In this document: positions 8,873-18,447 of the stretch, one piece after another
Position numbering within the stretch: position 1 is the stretch's first letter
Layout of the letters: each line of letters opens with the position of its first letter
Origin: a virus
Taxonomy: Duplodnaviria > Caudoviricetes
IMG/VR virus record: IMGVR_UViG_3300011427_000001
Location: 9,188 to 73,187 of that record
DNA length: 64,000 nucleotides
Strand: one strand, 5' to 3'
Position numbers and translations under genes: made by a program
The notes under the pieces: generated by a model
The model's input: only the letters and a program-made list of their open reading frames with translations
Database searches by the model: none
What the model was told of the DNA's origin: nothing

Positions 8873-10380
8873 GATGGTTTCATGTTATGTTCTAGCATCT
8901 CGAGAAACTGCTCCACGTCTTCCGTGTTCACCTTGTCGTCCTTGCCCTTGGGGGTGAAGCCGAACTCAATCCCATCCCACTTAAATGGGTACTTGTGAAA
9001 CCAGGTACCGGTGGGAGGACAGATCTCATCTTCAACTTCAAGCGGACAAATGATCCACTTGAACGCCTTGCGGAGGTCTTCGTTGACCACCTGGTGCACC
9101 AAATCGAGATACTGCTTCAGTTCCTTGATGTAAACGTCACCCAGCATGCTGTCATGAACTTGCATCACCACACGTGACTTCATCTTGTGTTTGCGCAGCA
9201 ACTTATTCAGACGAGTGAGCGTCCACAGCAAGCAATGAAAGGCGCTGCCCTGCACCGGGTAGTTGATAACCTGATTGCGCCGGAACGCCCCTTCAATCCG
9301 GAAACCAGTCAACGTATCAAACCCACCTTCCTCAAGGTAGTCCTCATACCACTTCTTCTTCCACGCACTGTAGACCTTGAATCGATTGTTCCAAAAGTCA
9401 TCTTCAACCTCTTGGATGTGCTTCTCGAAAGTACCATCAAGTGGACCTCCCTTGGCTTTGGGGTCACACGCCCCCAGCTCAAAGATACCATTTGCGCGCA
9501 AATGCTCCCGCAAAGGACGGCCATCGGGACCCAACAGCTTCGCACGTTCCATCCACTCCCACAAGTCAGGGGCGCATTGCTTGTAATAGCTGCCGTAGAA
9601 CTCAGGAAACACAAACCTGTTCTTGCCACCGTAGCGATGGTTCTTGCCATACTTCTTCACCCACTCGTTCTTCAAGAAGTAAATCTGAGCTGACATGTCC
9701 CCGTGCATATCCTTGGTCGGGTCAGTCAAGTAACTAATCATGACCGGGTCTCGATGGTAGCACGTTGCAATTGAAACCTCCGCACCCTTGAAGTCATTCT
9801 CAACCAGAACGTAGTTCTGATCGGTTGCAATGAAATTGGTGCGCAGCAACTCAGCCTGCATCGGGTCACGCACTGGCACATTCTGGAAGTCCGATGACGA
9901 CCGATACGTCACCGTGGTATGCAAATCGTAATTCGGATGGAACCTCCCATTGACCAAGGTACGCTTGATGCGTTTTAGATATGTACCATGCGCCTTGTTC
10001 AGCTGAGATAGGATTTGATAGCCACGCAAGAAGTGCAGATCGATCTTTTCCAATGCACCTATCTCGACCGAAGGCTGTCCCTCCCCCTCTTCATCGCCGG
10101 TCCACTGCGTCACAGGGAACTTCATCTCACCGTACAGCACATCCCGCAACTGGTCATCGGAGTGCAAATTGGCCTTGGTGCCGAACCGCCGCTGCCAAAT
10201 CTCCCACACCTCATCCTGACGCAGCTTGTCCTCAATCCGACGCATGCGCTCCTTGGCCATCTCCGTGGTCGCATCCAACCGTCTCTCGTCAACCCTGATA
10301 CCAGTTGCCTCGATCTCAGCCAAGGCAATCATACCCTCGTGCAACAGCTGGTATCCTTTGTGTGTGTTAGGTCGTTCCAT
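8869..10380 (-). CDS. polA: family A DNA polymerase, polymerase-domain subunit
   Basis: Motif A ENDFKGAE, motif B GKNRFVFPEFYG, NYPVQGSA, motif C QVHDS. Confidence 0.92.
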   Translation of the reverse strand: MERPNTHKGYQLLHEGMIALAEIEATGIRVDERRLDATTEMAKERMRRIEDKLRQDEVWEIWQRRFGTKANLHSDDQLRDVLYGEMKFPVTQWTGDEEGEGQPSVEIGALEKIDLHFLRGYQILSQLNKAHGTYLKRIKRTLVNGRFHPNYDLHTTVTYRSSSDFQNVPVRDPMQAELLRTNFIATDQNYVLVENDFKGAEVSIATCYHRDPVMISYLTDPTKDMHGDMSAQIYFLKNEWVKKYGKNHRYGGKNRFVFPEFYGSYYKQCAPDLWEWMERAKLLGPDGRPLREHLRANGIFELGACDPKAKGGPLDGTFEKHIQEVEDDFWNNRFKVYSAWKKKWYEDYLEEGGFDTLTGFRIEGAFRRNQVINYPVQGSAFHCLLWTLTRLNKLLRKHKMKSRVVMQVHDSMLGDVYIKELKQYLDLVHQVVNEDLRKAFKWIICPLEVEDEICPPTGTWFHKYPFKWDGIEFGFTPKGKDDKVNTEDVEQFLEMLEHNMKPS

Positions 10381-11617
10381 GCAGGCTTGATTCGTTTACG
10401 TACCAAGTTGGCAACGGGTCTATCCTTAGCTTCGCCATTTGCTTCTCAGCCAGCAAATATTCAAGCAGCGTGTCAGTACCACAGTAAAGCAACAGCTGAC
10501 GAAGCTCCACTTCCTCTCGCACCCGGTTCAATACGCTACCGGCTTGGCTTTCGAGGAACTGCTTGATATGCTCATCGTACGCCTCAGCCCCCAGGTGAGC
10601 AAACGCCTGAAACTTCAACCCGCAAATGCCTTTTCGATTGTCAATCACGTGTGCTGCCAGCATGGTATCCCACAACCAATTCTGCACCGGACGCCCTGAC
10701 ACCTTGCGCGTCCACCGTTCTTCGTGTTTGAGGTTCGACGCAATGTGGTAGCAGCGTTCGGAATGCAGCAGGTCGAACGTGGCTTCAATCGCCGCTCCGT
10801 GCCAAGGGTACGCAATGGTCTTGCGTCCCCGCCAACAGGCCGAAGCACACACAATCTCACCACCCGGGGTCTCGGGCTTCAGACAGTTGTTTTCATAGTC
10901 GAACGCAATCGCCCCTCCTTTCTGTTCCATCTTGCGCAGCACTGCAGCCGCTTCGTCCGTGTCAAGCAGCACTTCAATCTGCGACTCGTAGTCTGGGACC
11001 TGTTCCCACGGTACCTCGCGATAGCTGCAGGCCTTCTCGAGATGTCGCACGAAGTCCCGGTCCATGACCTTGCTGTGCATTCGCATTAGATAGGACGGAT
11101 GGTACGTGGGGCTGATCCACACATTGGGTTTCTGGCATGGGATGTTCCAGCCAACCCAGCGAGTAATGGCACCCGGTGCCTCCTTCCAGACGTGGCCTAT
11201 CAAACTCTGCACGGGAGTGCCACCCAACAGCACAATCGAAGCGGGCTGCAACCGCTCAATCGTCGTGATCAAATTGGGGCGACAGTAGTCCACGGCCCGC
11301 TTGTCCGAAATCTTGTTGTCGGGTGGACGACAAATGAGAGCGTTCGTAGTCCAGCAGTCTTTCCTCAGGTCAATCCCAATGTGATCAAGTGCGTCTTCGA
11401 GGTAGCGACCCGCCTTGTCTACAAACTGAATGCCTTCATCGTCTTCATTCGCTCCCGGCGCTTCGCCCACGATTAAGATCCGTTTGCGACCTTCGCCGCT
11501 TGGTCGCATCTTCGGTGTCTTGCACCCCTTGTAAAGACCGCACGCCCCACACTTGGGCAATAGGCTTGCCGGTGCTTTGGTGTCCAGCAGCTCACTCCCA
11601 GCAAAAAATCCTCTCAC
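10367..11617 (-). CDS. family A DNA polymerase N-terminal subunit: family-4 UDG-like domain plus 3'-5' exonuclease
   Basis: CGACGL..GC, VGEAPG, TNALICRP, YHPSY (UDG-F4); then AFDYE, ASNLKHE, DTMLAAH, YCGTD (DnaQ-like exonuclease). Confidence 0.88.
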   Translation of the reverse strand: MRGFFAGSELLDTKAPASLLPKCGACGLYKGCKTPKMRPSGEGRKRILIVGEAPGANEDDEGIQFVDKAGRYLEDALDHIGIDLRKDCWTTNALICRPPDNKISDKRAVDYCRPNLITTIERLQPASIVLLGGTPVQSLIGHVWKEAPGAITRWVGWNIPCQKPNVWISPTYHPSYLMRMHSKVMDRDFVRHLEKACSYREVPWEQVPDYESQIEVLLDTDEAAAVLRKMEQKGGAIAFDYENNCLKPETPGGEIVCASACWRGRKTIAYPWHGAAIEATFDLLHSERCYHIASNLKHEERWTRKVSGRPVQNWLWDTMLAAHVIDNRKGICGLKFQAFAHLGAEAYDEHIKQFLESQAGSVLNRVREEVELRQLLLYCGTDTLLEYLLAEKQMAKLRIDPLPTWYVNESSLHGTT

Positions 11618-11620
11618 AGA

Positions 11621-12685
11621 TCAATCCCCTTTGACCTTTTCCTTCAGCGTCTTGCTCGTCTTGCTTTCGTCCGGCGCGGTCAAGCACGTCATGTAAACCC
11701 ACTTGCCCCCATCAACCCGCAAGCGTCCCTTGGCAATCTCCGCTTCATTGTGCTTCTCGGTCAGCTCAGTCAGCAGTTTGGGAGCAATGAGAAACTCCAT
11801 CGGCGGACCACTGTATTTGAGGTCCTTGACCTCGCGGAAGCGTCCACAGGCCCCTTCGCCCGTAATGCGCAGCATTCCACCCCGGTCCGGTCGCAACTGC
11901 ACCGTGACCACGTTGTCCTCACTGTTCTCCGCGCTGAATACTTCAGCCAAGTCGGTCGCTTCCTTCAACCCCTTGGGCAGCGTAATCGGTTCGCCTTTGA
12001 AATCCAACAGGGAATCGATGTTATGGTATTCCACCATATACCGACGGCAGGACAACACCAGGCCGTCCGCGTTGCGGAAATGAATCCACGTTTCGGTCTC
12101 GCAAAAGTCGGTCATCCCCAATGACGCAACGTGCTTGAGACTGTCCCGCCGCACCAGCATGGACGCCTTAACCCCGGTCTTCATTTTGACCCGCGTGGCT
12201 TGGAAATTGTCGCACGCCTCGATGAAGTCAGGATGCAGATGGATGCAGGTCAGCTTGAATTGGCTGGCATCCTTCGAAGCACAGTGCTGCACCAAACCCA
12301 CCCCTTCCAAGAAGTCTCCGTGCAACTCCACCCACTTGGTGGGCTTTTCCACTTTGTCGATGTGCAGCAGGATGTCGTTCTCGTGCCGGATCTCAGCACG
12401 TCGCCGCTTCCCAATCAACACGAAGTATCCGTCAGCCACCTCAACCTCGAGCTCGGTCTCGGGCATCTTGCGCAGCACGGACAGCAGTGGAGCCGCTTGC
12501 ACTGCCCCCTCAACCTTCAGCTCACATTCGTGGGTGCAAGCAATCTCATCGTTGAAAGTCATCACGGTCTGGTTCTGAAAGACAAAGCAGGAACTCTGCT
12601 CAATGATCTCTCGAGTGGACAGACCCGGTTGAACCGCTTCAAGTTGAAGCAGAAGTTTTTCCCTGTTTACGATTTGAATAGCCAT
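11621..12685 (-). CDS. sliding clamp, DNA polymerase III beta-like
   Basis: 354 aa with beta-clamp-like segments (MTFNDEIAC, LLSVLRKMP, IEACDNFQA); adjacent to the polymerase and clamp loader. Confidence 0.8.
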   Translation of the reverse strand: MAIQIVNREKLLLQLEAVQPGLSTREIIEQSSCFVFQNQTVMTFNDEIACTHECELKVEGAVQAAPLLSVLRKMPETELEVEVADGYFVLIGKRRRAEIRHENDILLHIDKVEKPTKWVELHGDFLEGVGLVQHCASKDASQFKLTCIHLHPDFIEACDNFQATRVKMKTGVKASMLVRRDSLKHVASLGMTDFCETETWIHFRNADGLVLSCRRYMVEYHNIDSLLDFKGEPITLPKGLKEATDLAEVFSAENSEDNVVTVQLRPDRGGMLRITGEGACGRFREVKDLKYSGPPMEFLIAPKLLTELTEKHNEAEIAKGRLRVDGGKWVYMTCLTAPDESKTSKTLKEKVKGD

Positions 12686-12690
12686 TGTTT

Positions 12691-13167
12691 TTAGATGTGC
12701 TTCCAGGTCTGCCGTAAGACAACTGAAGATATTGTTGACGAACTCACATTGTATTGTCGTGCGAGCCGATACTGTGTCCCGCGAATACCCTTAGAAACCT
12801 GCGCTCGAATATGCAAAACAGCTTCTGACGTTAATGTGTGATTCCCCGAATCATCTCCTACGGGATGACGTGCTCGGTTCTTCTTTATGGCATCCCTCAC
12901 GTTATCTCTAGGAGAACCCACGAACAAATGTCGCGGATTCACGCACGACGGATTGTCACATCGGTGTAAAGACCATTCGGATCTCAAAAGAGGCCTTCCT
13001 AATTTCAACTCAAGTGAAAAACGATGTGCCAAGATATGATTACCCAAACCACGCCTAGGCGCTAGGCGCCCATAGCCTTTCATGTCCTTAGAACCTAGCC
13101 ACAACCAACACTCATCCAATCGGCCCTTTCGCACCTTATTCCAGAAACGCACCAGTACCGGTTTCAT
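12691..13167 (-). mobile_element. free-standing HNH homing endonuclease
   Basis: RFWNKV..CWLW.G..GYG, AHR, HRCDNPSCVNPRHL; AT-richer than its neighbours. Confidence 0.88.
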
Positions 13168-13385
13168 TTTTCTTTTGGGCGTGGACGGTAGTTGAGAATT
13201 GGACCGGGTTGCGCCTTACCCCTATTTATCAGCGACTGCTGATGCACCGCAAAACGACGCATGGTATCCCGCACTCGGCGCTGATAGATATCGTGGAAGG
13301 TAAGCATGATTGACAGCTCGTGCTGGTGCATCAACGCCTCCGGCACCACGTCTCTGCTTGAGTTGCCGCTGTAGTAGATTACCAT
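13164..13385 (-). CDS. 73-aa protein, possible detached N-terminal piece of DpdA
   Basis: MVIYYSG...IMLTF resembles the N-terminal strands of DpdA-like TIM barrels; starts 1 nt after the dpdA stop. Confidence 0.55.
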   Translation of the reverse strand: MVIYYSGNSSRDVVPEALMHQHELSIMLTFHDIYQRRVRDTMRRFAVHQQSLINRGKAQPGPILNYRPRPKEK

Positions 13386-13386
13386 G

Positions 13387-14310
13387 TTATTCGTTGAACC
13401 CGAATCCTTCGCCCCGGGTCTGGCGCATGAACGGCCAAGGCCATTGGGGCAAGCTGTCCGACATGGCCATGAAGTATCTCAAATTTGCTTCCGCTCTAGG
13501 CTTATGGTGTGTGAGCACTCCGCGTTCCACCTCGACACCGCTACCATCGTACCTACCAAGCGCGATCCCATGCAGGGACAGCCACGCAAGCATAATTTCC
13601 CGTTCCTTTGACGATACGGTGGTGATATGCTTGCCCTGCTCCTTCATGTTTGGGGACTTCCCGCTCATCGTAATTGAGTAGGGCTTCTCGTCGAAAACGA
13701 ACTTCCCGCCGCGCTGATGGGGGACGTAGACCGTACCAAAAGCCGCAGCCTTAATCCAGCTGGCGCTGTCCACACTCCACCACGGGTACCTCCGCATGAG
13801 GTCCCAGCTCGTCATCGCAAACCCATGCGTCTTGACGACGGGGAACTTGTCGTTGCTGGCTGGACAGATGAGATGGAACACGCGGTCGGCCCAGCCGTAG
13901 TATTCGTCCTTCGTTACCTCCTGTCCCAGTCCACCAATTCCGAGAAAGTCATAACCCCGCTCAAGGTAGTGGGTAATCCATTTGAGGGGAGTGCCAAAGT
14001 GGATAACGGGGACCGGACGCAGACCGTGTTCCCTTTCGAGATACTGCTGAACTTTCCACGTGACCTCTGGGTTAAAGATAGCGTCGACGTTGGCGTAAAA
14101 GTCCATCGCCCAACCGAAGCGTTTGATAAAACCAGCGTAGCTGTCACAGTAGGCATAGAATTCATCAGTCTCGTAGAACTTGTAACCGTTTCGCCCCTTG
14201 AGATCTATCACCTCTCGCGTGTAGATACTGTGCGCTCCGCTATCGAGAAAGAAACTACCCACTGCGGTGGGGATGTTCTCCAGAGGATGCGGTTCTTTGA
14301 GCTTGGTCAT
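13387..14310 (-). CDS. dpdA: DpdA, 7-deazaguanine DNA transglycosylase (TGT-like)
   Basis: FLDSGA, NVD, PVIHFG, GIGG, HGF, DSASW motifs; located in the que gene cluster. Confidence 0.85.
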   Translation of the reverse strand: MTKLKEPHPLENIPTAVGSFFLDSGAHSIYTREVIDLKGRNGYKFYETDEFYAYCDSYAGFIKRFGWAMDFYANVDAIFNPEVTWKVQQYLEREHGLRPVPVIHFGTPLKWITHYLERGYDFLGIGGLGQEVTKDEYYGWADRVFHLICPASNDKFPVVKTHGFAMTSWDLMRRYPWWSVDSASWIKAAAFGTVYVPHQRGGKFVFDEKPYSITMSGKSPNMKEQGKHITTVSSKEREIMLAWLSLHGIALGRYDGSGVEVERGVLTHHKPRAEANLRYFMAMSDSLPQWPWPFMRQTRGEGFGFNE

Positions 14311-15452
14311 ATCTGCGCGTGCCAGATGTTTACTTCATTGTCTGGGTTGCGCAGCCCGCACACAATTTCAGCTTCAAGAACACGACCGGCATCACATTGC
14401 ATTGCAATTGACCTGAAACCAAGGCACCGACACTGCACCTTTTCACTGAGAAGACGCAACACTGACCTCATGTCAAAAGCCTGATACATGTTCTGCGCCG
14501 GCAGTATTTCCGGAAAGCTCCGGAAGTGGGGATACACCAGGTTACACCCCGCAATGCACGCCTCCAACAGCGTCCACGAAACGTAGTCTTGCAAGGAGCA
14601 GTTGAATTGAATGGCCGCAGTGGCAAGCTCATTGTAATACTGCTCCTTCGTGAGACCCGAAAGCAGTTTGAACCGCGGCTCGTCTTGTGCGAACTCGACA
14701 ATCTCCTTCAGCGTCTCGGGTTCGTTCGAGCGGAAGTCAGCTGCACTGGTCGTCACACACCAAGTCCAGTCCTTGTACCTCAGCAAGAACAAACGAGCCA
14801 CTTCAAGCATGAACCTTGGGTTCTTCTCTCGATCCAGCCTCGAGGTAAAAACTACCTTCCGTTCACGCTGCGACAGCATGGCCGGCATCTGTGCTTCCAC
14901 CGCACTGACTGAAATGGGTAAGCCCACCACATGGATAGGACATTCAAAGCCGGCAACGCGCAACTGGTCACGATGAATAGTGCTACCAACAAAGACCGCA
15001 GTGTGCACTCGGGACAAGCCCACTTCCATGGGACGCATCCAATGGCGCATGCCCCACGTGAAGTCGTATTCATCCACGCTCTGCGCATGCAGCATCGAGT
15101 AGATCTTCACTCCGGTCAGCCCGTACAAGTGCAGCGCATACGGCACAGCCTCAAACCCCGGTGTCCAGAAGTCCTGCAGAAAAATGGCATCGTCGTTGCT
15201 GACCGACCCGCTCCGGATCTCACGCATGAAATTCTCAACCTGTCGACAAGCATACATCCCACGACCAGTGGCATCCAGCACCGCCCCCACCGTAATCTGC
15301 GCCTCCACCTGACAGCCTTCAATCTTAACAAACAGCGTCGAAGGAGAGACCGCTGCCACTGCTTTGGGAAACCAGTCTTCGCAGAGCTGCTTCGTATATC
15401 GTGCAGCCAGCGGTTCAAGTCCAAAATAGAACAGTCTTCGAATGGGCTTCAT
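14307..15452 (-). CDS. GT-B glycosyltransferase (GT4-like)
   Basis: Start reassigned to MKPIRRLFYFGLE (TAATG overlap); VFTSRLDREKNP and EACIAGC...FPE donor-binding region. Confidence 0.8.
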   Translation of the reverse strand: MKPIRRLFYFGLEPLAARYTKQLCEDWFPKAVAAVSPSTLFVKIEGCQVEAQITVGAVLDATGRGMYACRQVENFMREIRSGSVSNDDAIFLQDFWTPGFEAVPYALHLYGLTGVKIYSMLHAQSVDEYDFTWGMRHWMRPMEVGLSRVHTAVFVGSTIHRDQLRVAGFECPIHVVGLPISVSAVEAQMPAMLSQRERKVVFTSRLDREKNPRFMLEVARLFLLRYKDWTWCVTTSAADFRSNEPETLKEIVEFAQDEPRFKLLSGLTKEQYYNELATAAIQFNCSLQDYVSWTLLEACIAGCNLVYPHFRSFPEILPAQNMYQAFDMRSVLRLLSEKVQCRCLGFRSIAMQCDAGRVLEAEIVCGLRNPDNEVNIWHAQI

Positions 15453-16216
15453 TAATAGAATAGTCCGCGACGCTTCGGACACGCGGATTCGTGCACAAAG
15501 ATCCGGTCGCGCATGCGGGACAGAACCACAGTTGGATCTTCCAGTGGGGCTAGGTCTGTCGTGTATGCCAGGTACCCACGGGCGCGCAGCAACGTCCAAA
15601 TGTCTGCAGGAGTGTCACTGTACCTCTTGAGGAACTCTGGTACCTGCTCAAGCACAATGACCGGACGACTGTCCGCGAGAATGCGCTGAGCCCCTTTCAG
15701 CACTTTGAGTTCGTACCCCTCAACGTCTATCTTGAGTACGTCAACCAGGGTGTTAAGACGAACACAGTCGTCAAGGCGCTCAAGCGGGACCAAGGTACCC
15801 ATCGTCCCTTTGCCCACATGTCCACCCAGATGGGCTGTAGGCGTTGACACAATCCGAATTTCGCTCTGCTCGGCCCCCAACGCACAATTCTCGGACTTCA
15901 CGTTCGATACTTTGTTGTCAGCCAAGTTCCGCACCAGAAGCGCATAGATGTTCGGGTCGGCCTCGAATGATTGCACCTGTCTGGCCCACCCCGAGAAAGT
16001 CAGAGCGGTCTGTCCTACGTTGGCACCTACGTCCAACACCAAACCCGCACCCGGCTTCAAACGCTTGAGCGAGGCCAACGTCACCGCCCCATAGACCTTG
16101 GCGTAGGTGAGCAGTTTGGCCCGCTCATCCTGTTTTGGCATCCAGTACGTAAATCCCGAGCGCGCTTTGATCTGCTCAACCGGGAAGGGAACCTTGGGTG
16201 GGGTCTGCTCAGACAT
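15452..16216 (-). CDS. FkbM-family SAM methyltransferase
   Basis: LDVGANVG, FEADP, KIDVEGYELKVLKGA; start reassigned to MSEQTP. Confidence 0.88.
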   Translation of the reverse strand: MSEQTPPKVPFPVEQIKARSGFTYWMPKQDERAKLLTYAKVYGAVTLASLKRLKPGAGLVLDVGANVGQTALTFSGWARQVQSFEADPNIYALLVRNLADNKVSNVKSENCALGAEQSEIRIVSTPTAHLGGHVGKGTMGTLVPLERLDDCVRLNTLVDVLKIDVEGYELKVLKGAQRILADSRPVIVLEQVPEFLKRYSDTPADIWTLLRARGYLAYTTDLAPLEDPTVVLSRMRDRIFVHESACPKRRGLFY

Positions 16217-17048
16217 CCTGATCCTGGTCGAAGTCGGGGTGGTGCAACCACGTTTCCCATTTCGTGTTGAACGCACGATTGTACCAACTGATCGTTTCGT
16301 CTTGAACCTGCTTGAACATGAGATGGTCGACAAGTGACTTGACTTGAACCTTGGCGTAGTCCTCCGGACGCAAGCCCATCAGAATTACATGCCCCAAAAC
16401 CGGGCTCAAGTGATTCACCGCCAGCTTCTCCAGCAAAGCCAACGCCGGGGACACTCCCAAGAACTCAATATCGACTTTCAGGTTGTGTTGTTGCGCCTGC
16501 ACCAACGCCTCGAGAATAAGCGGGTTGTCCACCGTGCGCAACCGTCTGTTCCCCGCCCCCAAGTAAACCCGGTGCAGGCCCGCGGCTTTCTTTCCAATGG
16601 TCTCTGCCATTGCCGCATGCCCGATCCCATCAGGAACAAACAGCACGCGCTCACCTCGAGAGGGGCCTTCGAGCTCTTGACCGATAAACATGCGCGACTT
16701 CTGCATCGTGGGCATGACACTGCGCACTACCACGGCACCGTTCTCGCCGTCTTCGCTCACTTCACAATAGATGCCTCGAAAACGGCACAAGACCAGCGAC
16801 GCAATGTGCTCGCACGAGAGTTCAAACTGTTTCGTCGCTAACACCGGGTGTCCACTTTCGAGGTAGTCATCCAACAGTCGTTTCAGTTGGAAAAACTCAA
16901 TATCCCGGTTATCGTGCTTGACCGGCATGCCCAGCTTGACATGGAAGACATGTCTGTGCCAATTGCGCAGGAAGACAACGTCTTCGGGTGCATCCACCCA
17001 ACGGTGCTGCGCTTCAAACCGCGTTTGAATATAGATTTGAGTACTCAT
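16209..17048 (-). CDS. DpdL-like QueD paralogue (T-fold) fused to a C-terminal domain of unknown function
   Basis: LRNWHRHVF fits the LxxxHRHxF signature I recall for the CDG decarboxylase DpdL; extra domain of about 150 aa begins FIGQELEG. Confidence 0.7.
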   Translation of the reverse strand: MSTQIYIQTRFEAQHRWVDAPEDVVFLRNWHRHVFHVKLGMPVKHDNRDIEFFQLKRLLDDYLESGHPVLATKQFELSCEHIASLVLCRFRGIYCEVSEDGENGAVVVRSVMPTMQKSRMFIGQELEGPSRGERVLFVPDGIGHAAMAETIGKKAAGLHRVYLGAGNRRLRTVDNPLILEALVQAQQHNLKVDIEFLGVSPALALLEKLAVNHLSPVLGHVILMGLRPEDYAKVQVKSLVDHLMFKQVQDETISWYNRAFNTKWETWLHHPDFDQDQDV

Positions 17049-17914
17049 TCAGAAAGTTCAGCGTAGGCATCGTGGTAGTGTATGCTCTCCGCATTATCCA
17101 CGCGAACCGTAAAGTGCTTCACAGTTGGCATCTGCCGCAGTTGACAAGCCATGTCCCGCACCACGTCTTCCACGAACTTGGGATTATCGTATGCCCCCAT
17201 CGTCACCGCTCGCTCATCGGGACGCTTGAGCACCGGGTAGATCGGATGGGAGAAAGCACGCCAGGCCGCATGCACTAGCATCTCAAACCAGACTACCTTG
17301 TCCGGCTCGTGCTGCACTAAGACCGAAATCTTGCTGCGCTGGGCATGTGCTCCTTTGCCCATCCCGGTTGCAGCGTTGAAGTCACTTATCTCCCGCGAAC
17401 AGGGGCAGCACGTCTTCCCTTGAACCTCGACGCCAGTGTGCGTGACAAAGGCAAAACGATCTTCCGGCGTCCGCACACACTCAATCTGCAGGATACCTTT
17501 CAGCGGAGCTGTCCCCGCACACTTGGTAACCGGGGCCTCCTGCGACATGAAGTAATCGACCGTGACCTGCAGGAACACCCGACGGGTCTCCAGCTTCTCC
17601 GCCAACTGCAAAGCCACAGTCTGCAGATCAAGGCTACTGAAGGTGCCATCGGCCAGAATGTGTTGGTTGAGCACTTGAGTGAAACGACTCATGTGGGTGC
17701 CCTTCACTTCCGCACTGAGCGAACAGGCGAGCTCGAACTCACCCACCGTGTCAAGCACTGTCAACGCCGGTGTTTTGCCATCCACAGACGACGGGGCACG
17801 CAACACTCGGATGGGCAAACGGATGCCCGTCACCCCGACGCGTTTGATGAAGACATCGCGTGTGTCGAGTGTCCGTTGAATGTCCGGCAGTACGCTGACT
17901 GGTGTGTTGCTCAT
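17045..17914 (-). CDS. folE2: GTP cyclohydrolase I type B (FolE2)
   Basis: KGTHMSRF, TCCPCS, AHAQRS, NPKFVEDVVRD, ESIHYHDAYA. Confidence 0.93.
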   Translation of the reverse strand: MSNTPVSVLPDIQRTLDTRDVFIKRVGVTGIRLPIRVLRAPSSVDGKTPALTVLDTVGEFELACSLSAEVKGTHMSRFTQVLNQHILADGTFSSLDLQTVALQLAEKLETRRVFLQVTVDYFMSQEAPVTKCAGTAPLKGILQIECVRTPEDRFAFVTHTGVEVQGKTCCPCSREISDFNAATGMGKGAHAQRSKISVLVQHEPDKVVWFEMLVHAAWRAFSHPIYPVLKRPDERAVTMGAYDNPKFVEDVVRDMACQLRQMPTVKHFTVRVDNAESIHYHDAYAELSE

Positions 17915-18447
17915 GTGTGTCCTAGTATCTTACGAACGCGATGTTCTTTCTTATGACACTTTTGACAAAGTGTGATTCCGTTCGAGATATCAAAACGCAA
18001 TTCAGGATACTCAACCCAAGGTTTGATATGATGTGCATGTAAATGACCTCCCTTAGCAGGACATTTTTGGCATTTGTAACCGTCACGTTCCTTAACTGCC
18101 AAGGCCCACAATTTACCTTGGAATGATTCTCGATCCAACTGTGCACCCGGGTCCCTATCCTCTGGATAGTACCCGTATCTTTTCTTGTAGATCCTCCGAG
18201 CGGCTTCAACACCATGAATCTGAACCATCGTCTTTCCCTTACGTTGTAATGAAATCGCAGCCCGCCTTTCAGGTGTCATCGACTTCTTAACTGCTTTCGA
18301 AATTGATTGGCAGCGTTGCTCATGGGTTTTCTTCCAGTTTCTAGAAACACCCCTTGCCTGCTTCTTACGATATGAAGCACGTGACCAACGCTTCTTCGCA
18401 GCCGCCACCTGCTTCACACGAGTACTTTCAGGCGTACTCGACCTCAT
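17911..18447 (-). mobile_element. free-standing HNH endonuclease inserted between queE and folE2
   Basis: ERDGYKCQKC, HAHHIKP, NGITLCQKCH; basic N-terminal DNA-binding arm; AT-richer. Confidence 0.85.

Noticed and set aside
10360-10440. Intron, intein or frameshift joining the two PolA parts
   Set aside because: There is no intervening sequence and no slippery heptamer, and an in-frame stop lies just upstream of the second ATG.
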